A stretch of DNA of 64,000 bases, taken from NCBI GenBank assembly GCA_903922465.1, contig CAIXTV010000054.1, positions 18,278-82,277 of the forward strand. Reading direction: 5' to 3'. Shown here one piece after another: positions 29,403-38,881 of this stretch. Under the pieces are notes generated by a model. The model did no database searches, had not been told where the DNA came from, and worked only from the letters and a program-made list of their open reading frames with translations. Source of the DNA: an uncultured bacterium (GTDB lineage Bacteria; Bacteroidota; Bacteroidia; Bacteroidales; CAIXTV01). The translations under genes were made by a program, and so were the position numbers. Every line of letters starts with the position of its first letter. The first letter of the stretch is position 1.

Positions 29403-31242
29403 TAGTAATTAGTTCAATTAATGCATTTAAGGCTTCTTCTTCATCTATATTTTTTCTTACTAATTCTTTGCCTTTATATAAATTGACTTTGCCTTTTTGC
29501 GAGCCAACAACTCCATAATCGGCATCAGCCATTTCGCCTGGGCCATTTACTATGCAACCCATAACGGCTATTTTCAATCCTTTCAGGTGGTCGGTCCCTT
29601 GTTTTACCTGCTGAAGCACTTCGGTTATATTATACTGTGTTCTGCCGCAACTCGGACATGCAATAAATTCAGTTTTACTGAACCGCAAATGATTTGCTTG
29701 AAGAATGTTATACGAAAGAGAAACATAATCTTTATTACTCATTCCTGTTAACCAAATTCCATCGCCAAATCCATCGATTAATAATGATGAAATTCCTGCA
29801 GAGACTTCCATCATAAACTTTTCATCATCTTTTTGAGATTGATGAATTTTAAAGATTATGGGTTGATAAACTTCCAACTTAAAAGAGGTATAGGCGTTTT
29901 CTATTTTACGATATGCAGAAAGAAAATCTGCCTCTTTTGATTCGAGGACAACTACACAATTGTTATGATGTTGAAGTTTTTCAACTATTGAAGGGTTTGG
30001 AGATGAATTGAATTTATCAGCATCAATTATAAGAAAATGAAGAACCTCTGGCAAGACCATTTCCTCTAGCCATTCGTCAGTTCTAAATAGTGGAATAGCA
30101 TCGAGTGTCCCATCCCAATTTGAAAAATCAACCAAACATGGTTCTTTGATTTTAGCAGGATTTGATTTTTTATCAACATAATATATATCAGGCTTTAATT
30201 GGGAATTCACCTTTAGTTCAGCAAGCGTTCCTATGACAATCGGTTTCATTTTCCCACCGATAAGACCTAAATCATTGGTCTTTCTTTTCTCGTATGATGT
30301 TTTTAATGGTTGTGGAAACGAATTGAAATATACAGATTTAGCAGTATTATATTTACTAATCAATTTTTGGGCTACAGGTATTTCAAATTCGGGTGATTCG
30401 GTGAGAGAAACCCTAATGGTGTCGCCAATACCCTCGGCAAGTAGAGTTCCAATGCCTGCGGCAGATTTAATTCTTCCATCTTCGCCATCCCCTGCTTCGG
30501 TTACGCCAAGATGTATTGGATAATTCATTCCTTCAGAAATCATTTTTTCGACTAACAAACGGGTAGAATATACCATCATTTGTATTCGACTCGATTTCAT
30601 GGATACAATTAGGTTGTTGAAATTCTGTTGTTTGCAAATTCTTAGAAACTCCATTGCAGAAGCCGTCATACCAACAGCAGTATCTCCATAACGATTTAAT
30701 ATTCTATCAGATAATGAACCATGGTTGGTTCCTATACGAATCGCGGTTCCATATTCTTTGCATACTTTTAATAAGGGATATATATTTTCGGCTATTTTCT
30801 CCATCTCTACATTATATTCTGCATCCGAATAGCTAATCTTCTTAGTTTCTTTATTATCAATATAGTTCCCTGGGTTTATTCTTACTTTCTCGACAATACG
30901 AGCAGCTAGTTCAGCCACTTTTCGGTTAAAATGAACATCTGCAATTATTGGAGTATCGAAGCCTGCTTTTCGCAATTCATTTTTTATATTGATGAGATTT
31001 TCTGCGTCCTTGATAGTAGGAGTTGTTATTCGAACATACTCGCAGCCCGCTTCAATCATTTTAATGGACTGTTTTACGGTGGCTATGGTATCCATTGTTG
31101 GGGTGTTGGTCATGGATTGAATTCGTATTGGGTTTTTACCGCCAATAGGACTATTCCCTATTGAAACTTCGCGGGTTACCCATCTGTTGGCACTAAAAAT
31201 ATGTTTTCCCAATTTGAGTGAAGTTTTATAATTGAATTTCAT
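29377..31242 (-). CDS. ispG: 4-hydroxy-3-methylbut-2-en-1-yl diphosphate synthase IspG, long form with inserted domain
   Basis: NPIRIQSMTNT and VRITTP TIM-barrel motifs at the N-terminus. About 250 aa of insert. C-terminal Fe-S motifs FIACPSCGRT and GCIVNGPGE. ATG 31242 (MKFNYK...) preferred over 31269. Confidence 0.9.
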   Translation of the reverse strand: MKFNYKTSLKLGKHIFSANRWVTREVSIGNSPIGGKNPIRIQSMTNTPTMDTIATVKQSIKMIEAGCEYVRITTPTIKDAENLINIKNELRKAGFDTPIIADVHFNRKVAELAARIVEKVRINPGNYIDNKETKKISYSDAEYNVEMEKIAENIYPLLKVCKEYGTAIRIGTNHGSLSDRILNRYGDTAVGMTASAMEFLRICKQQNFNNLIVSMKSSRIQMMVYSTRLLVEKMISEGMNYPIHLGVTEAGDGEDGRIKSAAGIGTLLAEGIGDTIRVSLTESPEFEIPVAQKLISKYNTAKSVYFNSFPQPLKTSYEKRKTNDLGLIGGKMKPIVIGTLAELKVNSQLKPDIYYVDKKSNPAKIKEPCLVDFSNWDGTLDAIPLFRTDEWLEEMVLPEVLHFLIIDADKFNSSPNPSIVEKLQHHNNCVVVLESKEADFLSAYRKIENAYTSFKLEVYQPIIFKIHQSQKDDEKFMMEVSAGISSLLIDGFGDGIWLTGMSNKDYVSLSYNILQANHLRFSKTEFIACPSCGRTQYNITEVLQQVKQGTDHLKGLKIAVMGCIVNGPGEMADADYGVVGSQKGKVNLYKGKELVRKNIDEEEALNALIELITINDDWIPR

Positions 31243-31281
31243 CACAAAAATAATATTCATTCTAATCAATAAAACAATTTA

Positions 31282-31289
31282 CAAAAATA
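31282..31289 (-). promoter_or_regulatory. Bacteroidota -7 promoter box (TATTTTTG) for ispG
   Basis: Exact TAnnTTTG on the minus strand, 40 nt upstream of ATG 31242. Confidence 0.4.
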
Positions 31290-31484
31290 AATAATTAGGT
31301 GTAAAAGGGTTCAGGTTCGATGCAATGTTATTTCTGTTTAACATTCGCTTTATACTTGAATATTAGAGAGTTTTGAATTCACTGTATTTATGATTTGCCG
31401 ATTTATGATTTGGGATTTTACTTAATATCGAAAGAAAACATCTATTATCAGGCATTAAACCACCTAATCATTTAAAAATAATTT

Positions 31485-31492
31485 TAAATTTG
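31485..31492 (+). promoter_or_regulatory. Bacteroidota -7 promoter box (TAAATTTG) for the Rrf2 regulator
   Basis: Exact TAnnTTTG 33 nt upstream of ATG 31526. Confidence 0.45.
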
Positions 31493-31525
31493 CATGATTT
31501 TTAACCAAAACCCCATTATTATCTA

Positions 31526-31936
31526 ATGTCGAAGATTGTTCATTTTTCAGAAGCTGCATCCTTAGCAATTCATGCTATGGTTATTATTGCACGTGCGCCA
31601 AAAATTGTTAATGTTTTATCCATAGCGCATACAACCGGTTCATCAAAAAACCATTTATCGAAAGTGATGCAAAGGCTCGCAAAAGATAATTTAGTAAAAT
31701 CAACACGTGGTCCATCGGGTGGGTTCGAATTGAACAAACTTGCCGAAGATATTAGCTTGCTTGAGATATATGAATCGATTGAAGGGCCCATTCATCAAGG
31801 AGGTTGCCCTGTTGACAAGCAAATTTGTCCTTTTAATAAATGCTTAATGAGTGGTATTGTCGATGATGTTTCCAATCAACTGAGAGAGTACTTATCGGAG
31901 CAAAAACTCAACTATTATTTGGGTCGAAACTATTAA
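31526..31936 (+). CDS. Rrf2-family transcriptional regulator (IscR/NsrR-like, probable Fe-S binding)
   Basis: 136 aa. Winged-helix N-terminus (AIHAMVIIA...SKNHLSKVMQRLAKDNLVKSTRGPSGGFEL) and three clustered Cys (CPVDKQICPFNKC). Confidence 0.85.
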   Translation: MSKIVHFSEAASLAIHAMVIIARAPKIVNVLSIAHTTGSSKNHLSKVMQRLAKDNLVKSTRGPSGGFELNKLAEDISLLEIYESIEGPIHQGGCPVDKQICPFNKCLMSGIVDDVSNQLREYLSEQKLNYYLGRNY

Positions 31937-32006
31937 ACGATTATAGCAATAAATATTATTTTGCGACAAATGTTTATTTTTTTCTCTGTCGTATGCTTTT
32001 CTGTAT

Positions 32007-32014
32007 TAAATTTG
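32007..32014 (+). promoter_or_regulatory. Bacteroidota -7 promoter box (TAAATTTG)
   Basis: Exact TAnnTTTG 28 nt upstream of ATG 32043. Confidence 0.45.
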
Positions 32015-32042
32015 TAAGCATAATTAACTAAAACCTTTTTTT

Positions 32043-32654
32043 ATGAAAAAACTAAAGTATCTAATCATTATGGCATTGGTGTATTTTTTTATTCCCAATG
32101 CAGAAGCACAAAAAGTTAAGCTTGTAAGTGGCAATGCCACTGTGCTTAAGGGTCAAACGGAGTTGAACATTCAGTATACCTACGAAGGCATGACAGTTGG
32201 TAAAAAAGACGAACAAGTGTATGTTAAAGAAAAAGTAGCTGAAAGAAACAAATCGAAAGCTAAAGACGGTGAAACATGGGCTGCTAAATGGGTTGAAGAT
32301 CGTAATGCCAAATATCATCCTAAGTTTGAGTATACCTTGAATAAAGCTCTCGATAAATTTAAAGTTAAAGCTTTGCAAAATGCAAGTGGAGCTACTTATA
32401 CGCTAATAGTTAAAATTGTTTCGATTGAACCAGGTTATAATATTGGTATCTCGAGACAAAATGCTTATCTTGACGTGGCTGTTACTATTGTTGATAACAC
32501 TCAAAAAGAAATTGCTTTTATGACTATCGATAATTGCCCACCTTTCACTAGCTTTGGTGGATATGATTTTGATACCGGTGGCAGAATTGCCGAAACTTTC
32601 TCAAGCGCTGGTTATGCTCTCGGAAATTTCCTTGCTAAAAAAGTTTTCAAATAG
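32043..32654 (+). CDS. Hypothetical secreted protein
   Basis: Signal peptide (ALVYFFIPNAEAQ). No recognisable catalytic motif. Followed by a strong terminator. Confidence 0.5.
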   Translation: MKKLKYLIIMALVYFFIPNAEAQKVKLVSGNATVLKGQTELNIQYTYEGMTVGKKDEQVYVKEKVAERNKSKAKDGETWAAKWVEDRNAKYHPKFEYTLNKALDKFKVKALQNASGATYTLIVKIVSIEPGYNIGISRQNAYLDVAVTIVDNTQKEIAFMTIDNCPPFTSFGGYDFDTGGRIAETFSSAGYALGNFLAKKVFK

Positions 32655-32674
32655 AATCAATCTTCTGATCTTAA

Positions 32675-32706
32675 AAAGGCTAATTGAAAGATTAGCCTTT
32701 TTTATT
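32675..32706 (+). terminator. Rho-independent terminator
   Basis: AAAGGCTAAT / ATTAGCCTTT perfect 10-bp stem, 6-nt loop, T-run. Confidence 0.8.
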
Positions 32707-33196
32707 TAAACCAAGTTCTGCAGGCTATGGTGATTTAATTAGATATAAGGGAAAGGTTTTTAGATTAGCAATTACATACTTTTCTTTTGGGATCCACAAA
32801 GATTAAATATCTAGGCATAATGTTAAAAACAAGATTTTAGTAATTGGTCTGCCCCCCCATTAATCAGAAATCCTTATAGAATGTTATGCAAAAATTATTT
32901 CTAGTCAACAGAATTTGTAATTAGATATTATTATCAGCAGAAATATCTTTTTATCAATATATGTTTTTAGTATCTGAAAAGAATTTTGTATCTTTGAATC
33001 ATGAAATAGCAACATGAATATTCTTCTGTATCGGAGCTTAGTGGGGCGCATAAGCCATAGGGCTGCCCTTTGTTTTACGAAGAACAAAAAGCAGGATATT
33101 GTTTTGTCATAACAAGAAGAGGCTATTTTAAATATCAAGATATTTTCAGCATAACTTTTCTAACTTACACACTTTATGGGATACTGCCAATCTCAA

Positions 33197-33427
33197 GTCA
33201 TTCGATTCCCGAATTTAGTCATTTTATTCCCGAAAAAAATCATTCGCTTCCCGAATTTAGTCATTTTATTCCCGAAGAAAATCATTTTATTCCCGAATAT
33301 TGTTATCCGCTTGCCGAAGAAAATCATTTTATTCCCGAAGAAAATCATTCGCTTCCCGAATTTAGTCATTTTACTTCCAAAGAAAATCATTTTATTCCCG
33401 AATATTATTACCCTATTCCCGAAGAAA
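33197..33427. repeat. Tandem array, 21-bp period, 11 units (consensus RTCATTTTATTCCCGAAGAAA) with a 105-bp higher-order repeat
   Basis: Units phased by hand from 33197 in exact 21-bp steps. Units 3-7 are repeated as units 8-11. Open in several frames on both strands. Confidence 0.95.
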
Positions 33428-33831
33428 ATGACAAAAGAAGTCTAGCTTTTCAAGAAGTTAGGCATTTTAGAAATTTGTTGATGCTGCAGTTAAGCATGCA
33501 ATTAATTATATTTCAAATAGTTTTAAATCAGGCTTGCATAATTTGCATTTAAGTTTGATGTATTACAGAGGTATTAAGGCTGAAAATATTTTAAAGAGAA
33601 AGATAAACATTCAAATTGGCTAGCTGACTTTTTAAGGAGGTCTATTTAAGGTGCTAATACAAAAACGAAAACAATTCTACTTAAAAATATCTTATAGGAA
33701 TATCTCTAAAAGCTGATTTTGTTAATAATAAAACTAAATAGTTGAAATTAAAAAAGCAAGCCGAACAATGCCGCTTTTGAAATTTAGTTTTTCAATATAG
33801 ATTCAATTATGCTTATTATCATTATTTTTTC

Positions 33832-33839
33832 TACATTTG
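33832..33839 (+). promoter_or_regulatory. Bacteroidota -7 promoter box (TACATTTG)
   Basis: Exact TAnnTTTG 18 nt upstream of the TTG start at 33858. Confidence 0.45.
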
Positions 33840-33857
33840 CTCTTTAAAAACTAATTT

Positions 33858-34607
33858 TTGCTCAATCAAAAGAAAATAATAGTAGTTCTGCCGGCCTATA
33901 ATGCTGCAGCAACCCTCGAAGCAACTTATCGCGAGATTCCTTTCGATATTGTTGATGAAGTGGTTTTAGTGGACGATGCTAGTTCTGACGAAACTACCGA
34001 AGTAGCCAAAAATCTGGGAATTAGGAACATAATTATACATCAGAAAAATAAAGGCTACGGAGGTAATCAGAAAACATGTTACGATAAAGCCCTTTCCTTA
34101 GGTGCCGATATTATAATTATGTTGCATCCCGATTATCAGTATACTCCCAAGCTAATACCATCTTTGGCAAGTCTAATAGCTTCAGGCGTATATCCTGTGG
34201 CCATTGCTTCACGCATACTCGGAAACGGAGCACTAAAAGGTGGAATGCCATTGTATAAATACATATTTAACCGCATACTTACTCTTATACAAAATCTGAT
34301 GCTAGGCCAAAAACTTTCTGAATATCACACGGGCTATCGTGCTTTTTCGGCCGAAGTGTTACGTAAGATAAATTATGAGGCCAATTCCGACAATTTTGTG
34401 TTCGATAATCAAATGCTTGTACAAATATTCAATGCTGGATACGAAATTGCAGAAATCACCTGCCCCACCAAGTATTTCGAAGAAGCATCGTCAATTAATT
34501 TCACCCGAAGCTTAAGCTATGGTATGGGCGTTATAGGAACTTGTTTCTCCTATTGGCTGCAGAAATCAGGAATTATGAAATTCGACATTTTTAAGTTCAA
34601 TACTTAA
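33858..34607 (+). CDS. Glycosyltransferase family 2 (polyprenol-phosphate sugar transferase-like)
   Basis: IIVVLPAYNAA, VLVDDASSDET and HPDYQY (DxD-like) motifs of GT2/GT-A enzymes. Confidence 0.85.
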   Translation: MLNQKKIIVVLPAYNAAATLEATYREIPFDIVDEVVLVDDASSDETTEVAKNLGIRNIIIHQKNKGYGGNQKTCYDKALSLGADIIIMLHPDYQYTPKLIPSLASLIASGVYPVAIASRILGNGALKGGMPLYKYIFNRILTLIQNLMLGQKLSEYHTGYRAFSAEVLRKINYEANSDNFVFDNQMLVQIFNAGYEIAEITCPTKYFEEASSINFTRSLSYGMGVIGTCFSYWLQKSGIMKFDIFKFNT

Positions 34608-35002
34608 TTGATGAACAGCAATATGAACCATGGCCTTAGGCCCAAATTACAAATTCAATGGAGGGGAAGCCTTGTTGCCATCAGGAATATGTCAAATAAA
34701 CCTTATCATTCTAATCTCAATAATTAATTATGAGTTTCATGAAGATTAAGGGAAAGTCTAAAGTTGCAAATTACAAACTTCAAAATCTAAGCGAGGAAAG
34801 ATTTTTGGGTATCAGGATTAAACGGTCCAATAATGCTAAACGCTTTAGTATACATAACACTAGCTTTTCACTTTTTATTCTTTCTGAATTTGGAGTTTTA
34901 AAATTGGGTTATGCTACTAGGGGCTTGGGACTTGACACTTGAATTTGTCTTTTTCCTAAAATTTTTTTCTATTAAAATATGTTCAATTAAATAAATAACA
35001 CT

Positions 35003-35845
35003 ATGTCACACAAAACAAAATCAATTTTATTATGGGTAGTTGCAGTAGTATTTACTATGCTTTTTTTGGTTTATCAACGCTGGACAGGCCCAACCTACCC
35101 AGTGAGCGGCCATATGCAATATGCCAACACCGAAATTAAGTATAAATTATTGCGCACATCAGATGCTGCAGGCGACCAGGAAGTGAGAGTTATGGCTCCG
35201 GGCAACCTGATTAAAGGCAAATTTGAATTTAAACGGTTTAAAAGTCATGATACCTTAAGCGTTGTAGAGATGATAAGGTCAGGTGACACATTAATTGGGA
35301 TGGTCCCACATCAGGCACCTGCTGGGAAGGTATCGTATCAAATCAAACTATACACTGACACTGATATCAATGGAGTTTATATTAAACCTGAACCAACTGT
35401 TATCCGTTATAAAGGCCCTGTTCCACTTTGGGTATTGCTACCACATATTATTTTAATCTTCGGCGCATTCCTCTTTTCAACTCGGACAGGTTTAAGTGCC
35501 ATTTTCAAAGGAAAGAATACCTATTCGTGGGGAATCGTAACCGTGATTTGCCTCACAATAGCAGGTGGAATATTAGGGCCCGTGATGCAAAAATACGCTT
35601 TTGGAGCTTTCTGGACAGGCTGGCCATTCGGGCACGATTTGACAGATAATAAAACCGCTGTGGCTCTTATTTTCTGGATTATTGCAGTAATTAAAATGAG
35701 GAAAAATAAAGAAAACAGGAAGTGGGCTATCATTGCAATGATAGTGCTCATAGCCGTATACTTGATTCCCCATAGTGTGTTGGGTTCCGAAATTGATTAT
35801 ACTGCACAACCAGCACCTAAACCCATTTCTCAACTCATGTTTTAG
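35003..35845 (+). CDS. Hypothetical integral membrane protein
   Basis: N-terminal TM helix, a roughly 120-aa extracytoplasmic domain, then 4-5 TM helices. No family recognised. Confidence 0.55.
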   Translation: MSHKTKSILLWVVAVVFTMLFLVYQRWTGPTYPVSGHMQYANTEIKYKLLRTSDAAGDQEVRVMAPGNLIKGKFEFKRFKSHDTLSVVEMIRSGDTLIGMVPHQAPAGKVSYQIKLYTDTDINGVYIKPEPTVIRYKGPVPLWVLLPHIILIFGAFLFSTRTGLSAIFKGKNTYSWGIVTVICLTIAGGILGPVMQKYAFGAFWTGWPFGHDLTDNKTAVALIFWIIAVIKMRKNKENRKWAIIAMIVLIAVYLIPHSVLGSEIDYTAQPAPKPISQLMF

Positions 35846-36073
35846 AAGCATCAGCATTAAAAATGATGCTTTGAAAAAATATCAAATTCCAATACCCAAA
35901 TTTCAAACTTATAATTCAAAAAATGAAAACCTAAGTGGGATAATAATCATGAAAACTTCAATTGAAACACATTATTATTACACAAACAAGCTTCACTCTT
36001 TTTCATTTTTCGCGATTAGGGATTTGAAATTTGGAATTGGGGTCTTCAAATCCTAAGAACTTATTTTCATAAC

Positions 36074-36688
36074 ATGACTTTTATAATCATCTTTCTAACC
36101 TCAGCCATTTCACTGTTTGCATTAGCTAATATGCAATTGTCCGACAAATTGCGCTTTAATGCCTATTTAGCAAAACACAGCAACCAATGGTATCGTTTCT
36201 TCACTTATGCATTTGTGCATGCCGACTGGATGCATCTGATGGTCAACATGTTTGTGCTCTACTCTTTTGGGAGGATAGTGGAGATGTTTTATAAGTTAAA
36301 TTTCGGGGTCAAAGGCATCCTCTATTTCATCATGCTTTATATTGGTGGAATCATGTTTTCGGTATTAGCCAGCTTTGGCAAACATAAAGATGATTTCGGT
36401 TATAATGCGGTTGGGGCATCTGGAGCAGTTTCGGCCGTTGTGTTTGCCAGCATAATTTTTTATCCTACCGGGAAAATCTTCCTATTCTTTATCCCTATTG
36501 GGATACCTGCTTTTATTTTCGGAATTATCTACCTTGTTTATTCGGCTTATATGGCAAATCGTAACGTTGGGAATATTGGGCACGATGCTCACTTTTGGGG
36601 TGCAATATTCGGTGCAATGTTCACTGTGACATTAAAACCCACTTTGTTTATGAGTTGCATTGAACAAATTAAAGATTTGTTCTCATAA
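36074..36688 (+). CDS. Rhomboid-family intramembrane serine protease
   Basis: HADWMHLMVNM, GASGAVSAVV (catalytic GxSG) and a downstream HDAHFWG histidine within TM helices. Confidence 0.85.
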   Translation: MTFIIIFLTSAISLFALANMQLSDKLRFNAYLAKHSNQWYRFFTYAFVHADWMHLMVNMFVLYSFGRIVEMFYKLNFGVKGILYFIMLYIGGIMFSVLASFGKHKDDFGYNAVGASGAVSAVVFASIIFYPTGKIFLFFIPIGIPAFIFGIIYLVYSAYMANRNVGNIGHDAHFWGAIFGAMFTVTLKPTLFMSCIEQIKDLFS

Positions 36689-36815
36689 CAAAAAGCTATC
36701 AAATAAAGAAATAATTGAATTATATGAACTAACACAATCAACTTGTCGTTGCTTAACAAAAAGGGCGAAAGAAATTGCAAGGCTAAGTGGTCGACCCCCA
36801 AGTAGTGATATAGTA

Positions 36816-37409
36816 TTAGTTCATACTGGGGTCAACAGGGTATTTTGTCCAAAGGGTATATTGTTTACCAAGCCTGTTCACAATATTATTCCAAAGATTT
36901 TTTGGTGTACGTTCGAAAACCTCTTTAATGGAAGTGTCCGCAACCAACCACGAATTGCTTTTTAATTCATTTTCGAGCTGATTTGCCACCCATCCCGAGT
37001 AACCAACAAAAAACCTGATGTCCTTGGGCGATATTTTATTCATAGCAATCATTTCCTTAACGATATCCATATCTCCCCCCCAATAAACCCCATCTTTTGT
37101 GACTTTTATACTCCCTTCAATAGCATCGCCGACAGTATGAAGGAAGAAAATCTGCTCAGTATTCACGGGTCCTCCTAAATATAATTTGGTTTTAAATGAT
37201 GGAAATCCCATAATGACTTCCTCAACACCAATCTTTATTGGTTTATTAATAATAACCCCAAAGCTACCTTCATCGTTATGTTCTACAAGCAAAACAATCG
37301 AACGCCCAAAATAAAAATCATTCATTAAGGGTTCCGAAATCAATATTTTCCCTTCAGTTGGCTTAATATTATTGCTCTTGATTTGTATTAATTTATCGAA
37401 TTGATTCAT
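36816..37409 (-). CDS. YqgE/AlgH family protein (UPF0301)
   Basis: ILISEPLMNDFYFGRSIVLLVEHNDEGSFGVIINKP, GGPV and GYSGW motifs. Confidence 0.85.
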   Translation of the reverse strand: MNQFDKLIQIKSNNIKPTEGKILISEPLMNDFYFGRSIVLLVEHNDEGSFGVIINKPIKIGVEEVIMGFPSFKTKLYLGGPVNTEQIFFLHTVGDAIEGSIKVTKDGVYWGGDMDIVKEMIAMNKISPKDIRFFVGYSGWVANQLENELKSNSWLVADTSIKEVFERTPKNLWNNIVNRLGKQYTLWTKYPVDPSMN

Positions 37410-37446
37410 TTTTTTTCAATTTTAATCGAATTCATTGTCTATTTCG

Positions 37447-37454
37447 TAATTTTG
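37447..37454 (+). promoter_or_regulatory. Bacteroidota -7 promoter box (TAATTTTG)
   Basis: Exact TAnnTTTG 41 nt upstream of ATG 37496. Confidence 0.4.
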
Positions 37455-37495
37455 ACAGCTATTCAATGCAGACAAATATAATACCAATCTAATTA

Positions 37496-38881
37496 ATGAT
37501 ACAGTTTCGTCAACAAAAATATCTTCATCTTCGCAAAGAGTACCCTGTATTAACGTACCATAGTATGGAATATTTTATCGACCATGGGGAATTAAAACTG
37601 AAATATAATTTTAGCACTAACGATATAACTTATAGTCCTGAAATAAGCATACCAATAAAATCTTTCTTCAGCATTCAGGACGCTGAGGGTATTGAAGGCA
37701 ATCAACTTATCGAAAATCTTGTCTTTCATATTGGCATGATTGAATTGCTCAGCTATTGGAAAGCTACTTGCTCACCAACCATCCACATCAAACCCTATGT
37801 TTTAAACAAGGAACAAGTTGCATGGTGGAAGAAAATTTATTTTCATGGATTAGGCGAGTTTTTTTATGTGAATGGAATCAATAATAATATTGATGATTTT
37901 GTCAATATCACTTGTCAGGGGAATACCCTGCCAATATGTCAGAATTATATTTTTGATGACGGAGTTATTGTTCCTATTGGAGGAGGAAAAGATTCAGTGG
38001 TTTCACTTGAATTATTGAAATCAGGTAATTTCAAAGTGACTCCTCTTATTTTAAATCCCCGTGGTGCTACACTTCAAACAATTGGAGTCGCAGGAATAGC
38101 AAAGGAACATCTAATTGAAATTAACAGGAAAATAGATCATTCTCTAATAGCCTTAAATGACAAAGGCTACTTAAATGGCCATACCCCATTTTCTGCTTTA
38201 TTGGGCTTTATAAGCGTTTTATGTGCTGTTTTAACAGGCAAACAGCACATTGCCTTGTCGAACGAATCAAGCGCAAATGAATCAACAGTTATCGATACCG
38301 AAATAAATCATCAATATTCTAAGTCTTATGCATTTGAAAGCGATTTTAGGCAATACATTAAAACATATATCTCTGAGGAAGTAAATTACTTTAGTTTTCT
38401 TCGTCCTTTATTGGAAATCCAAATAGCGAAACTCTTTTCCAATTACCCTGATTATTATCCAGTTTTCAAAAGCTGTAACGCAGGAAGTAAAACAGATATT
38501 TGGTGTGGAAATTGTCCTAAATGTCTTTTTACTTTCATCATGTTATCGCCATTTATTTTGACAGAAGATATGATAAGAATCTATGGCTCAAATTTATTGA
38601 TAAACGAAAACCTTCAATCTTATTTTGATGAGCTATGTGGCATATCGGAAATAAAACCATTTGAGTGCGTTGGAACAACTGAAGAGGTAAACATTGCCTT
38701 GCAATTAATCCTTATTCAGATGCAAAAAAAAGAATTACCATTTTTGCTTAAACATTATCAATCTTCTCTAATAAGCCAACAATTTAATCATTTTGATCAA
38801 CATGCCTATCTGAAACAGTTCAATATAGAGCATTTTCTACTCCCCCAATTCGAAACTTTAGTAATCTCTGCTCTATCATGA
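37496..38881 (+). CDS. PP-loop-like ATP-utilising protein; candidate UDP-MurNAc-L-Ala-L-Glu epimerase (MurL-like)
   Basis: 461 aa. IGGGKDSVVSLELL resembles the SGGxDS PP-loop. CGNCPKCLFT Cys motif. The stop overlaps the start of the MurD paralogue (ATGA at 38878-38881). The functional call is by context and memory of the murD2-murL pair. Confidence 0.5.
   Translation: MIQFRQQKYLHLRKEYPVLTYHSMEYFIDHGELKLKYNFSTNDITYSPEISIPIKSFFSIQDAEGIEGNQLIENLVFHIGMIELLSYWKATCSPTIHIKPYVLNKEQVAWWKKIYFHGLGEFFYVNGINNNIDDFVNITCQGNTLPICQNYIFDDGVIVPIGGGKDSVVSLELLKSGNFKVTPLILNPRGATLQTIGVAGIAKEHLIEINRKIDHSLIALNDKGYLNGHTPFSALLGFISVLCAVLTGKQHIALSNESSANESTVIDTEINHQYSKSYAFESDFRQYIKTYISEEVNYFSFLRPLLEIQIAKLFSNYPDYYPVFKSCNAGSKTDIWCGNCPKCLFTFIMLSPFILTEDMIRIYGSNLLINENLQSYFDELCGISEIKPFECVGTTEEVNIALQLILIQMQKKELPFLLKHYQSSLISQQFNHFDQHAYLKQFNIEHFLLPQFETLVISALS

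Noticed and set aside
33030-33120. Locally GC-richer patch (GGAGCTTAGTGGGGCGCATAAGCCATAGGGCTGCCC...) as a possible small structured RNA or riboswitch
   Set aside because: Only short 5-6 bp stems could be drawn by hand. There is no match to any RNA family I can recall (SRP, 6S, tmRNA, RNase P or common riboswitches). The evidence is insufficient.
32905-33138. 77-aa minus-strand ORF upstream of array 2
   Set aside because: It has no recognisable domain. It also overlaps the conserved leader element on the opposite strand, so it is probably spurious.
33070-33552. ORFs across array 2 (33070-33552 +, 33176-33445 +, 33193-33390 -) as protein-coding genes
   Set aside because: Three overlapping frames on both strands are open only because a 21-bp stop-free unit is repeated. 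There is no frame-specific evidence, so the region is reported as a repeat and the coding question is left open in the findings.
34730-34942. 70-aa ORF in the GT2/membrane-protein intergenic gap
   Set aside because: No motif and no promoter box are present. The ORF's 3' end runs into one of the CAAATT-type repeat arms (peptide EFGVLKLG), so it is probably non-coding.
35775-36056. 93-aa ORF overlapping the end of the membrane protein gene
   Set aside because: It spans the 12-bp inverted-repeat element (35896-36034) and ends in repeat-derived LKFGIGVFKS. There is no supporting signal.
36660-36965. 101-aa plus-strand ORF bridging the rhomboid 3' end and the yqgE 3' end
   Set aside because: It overlaps two well-supported genes and has no motif.
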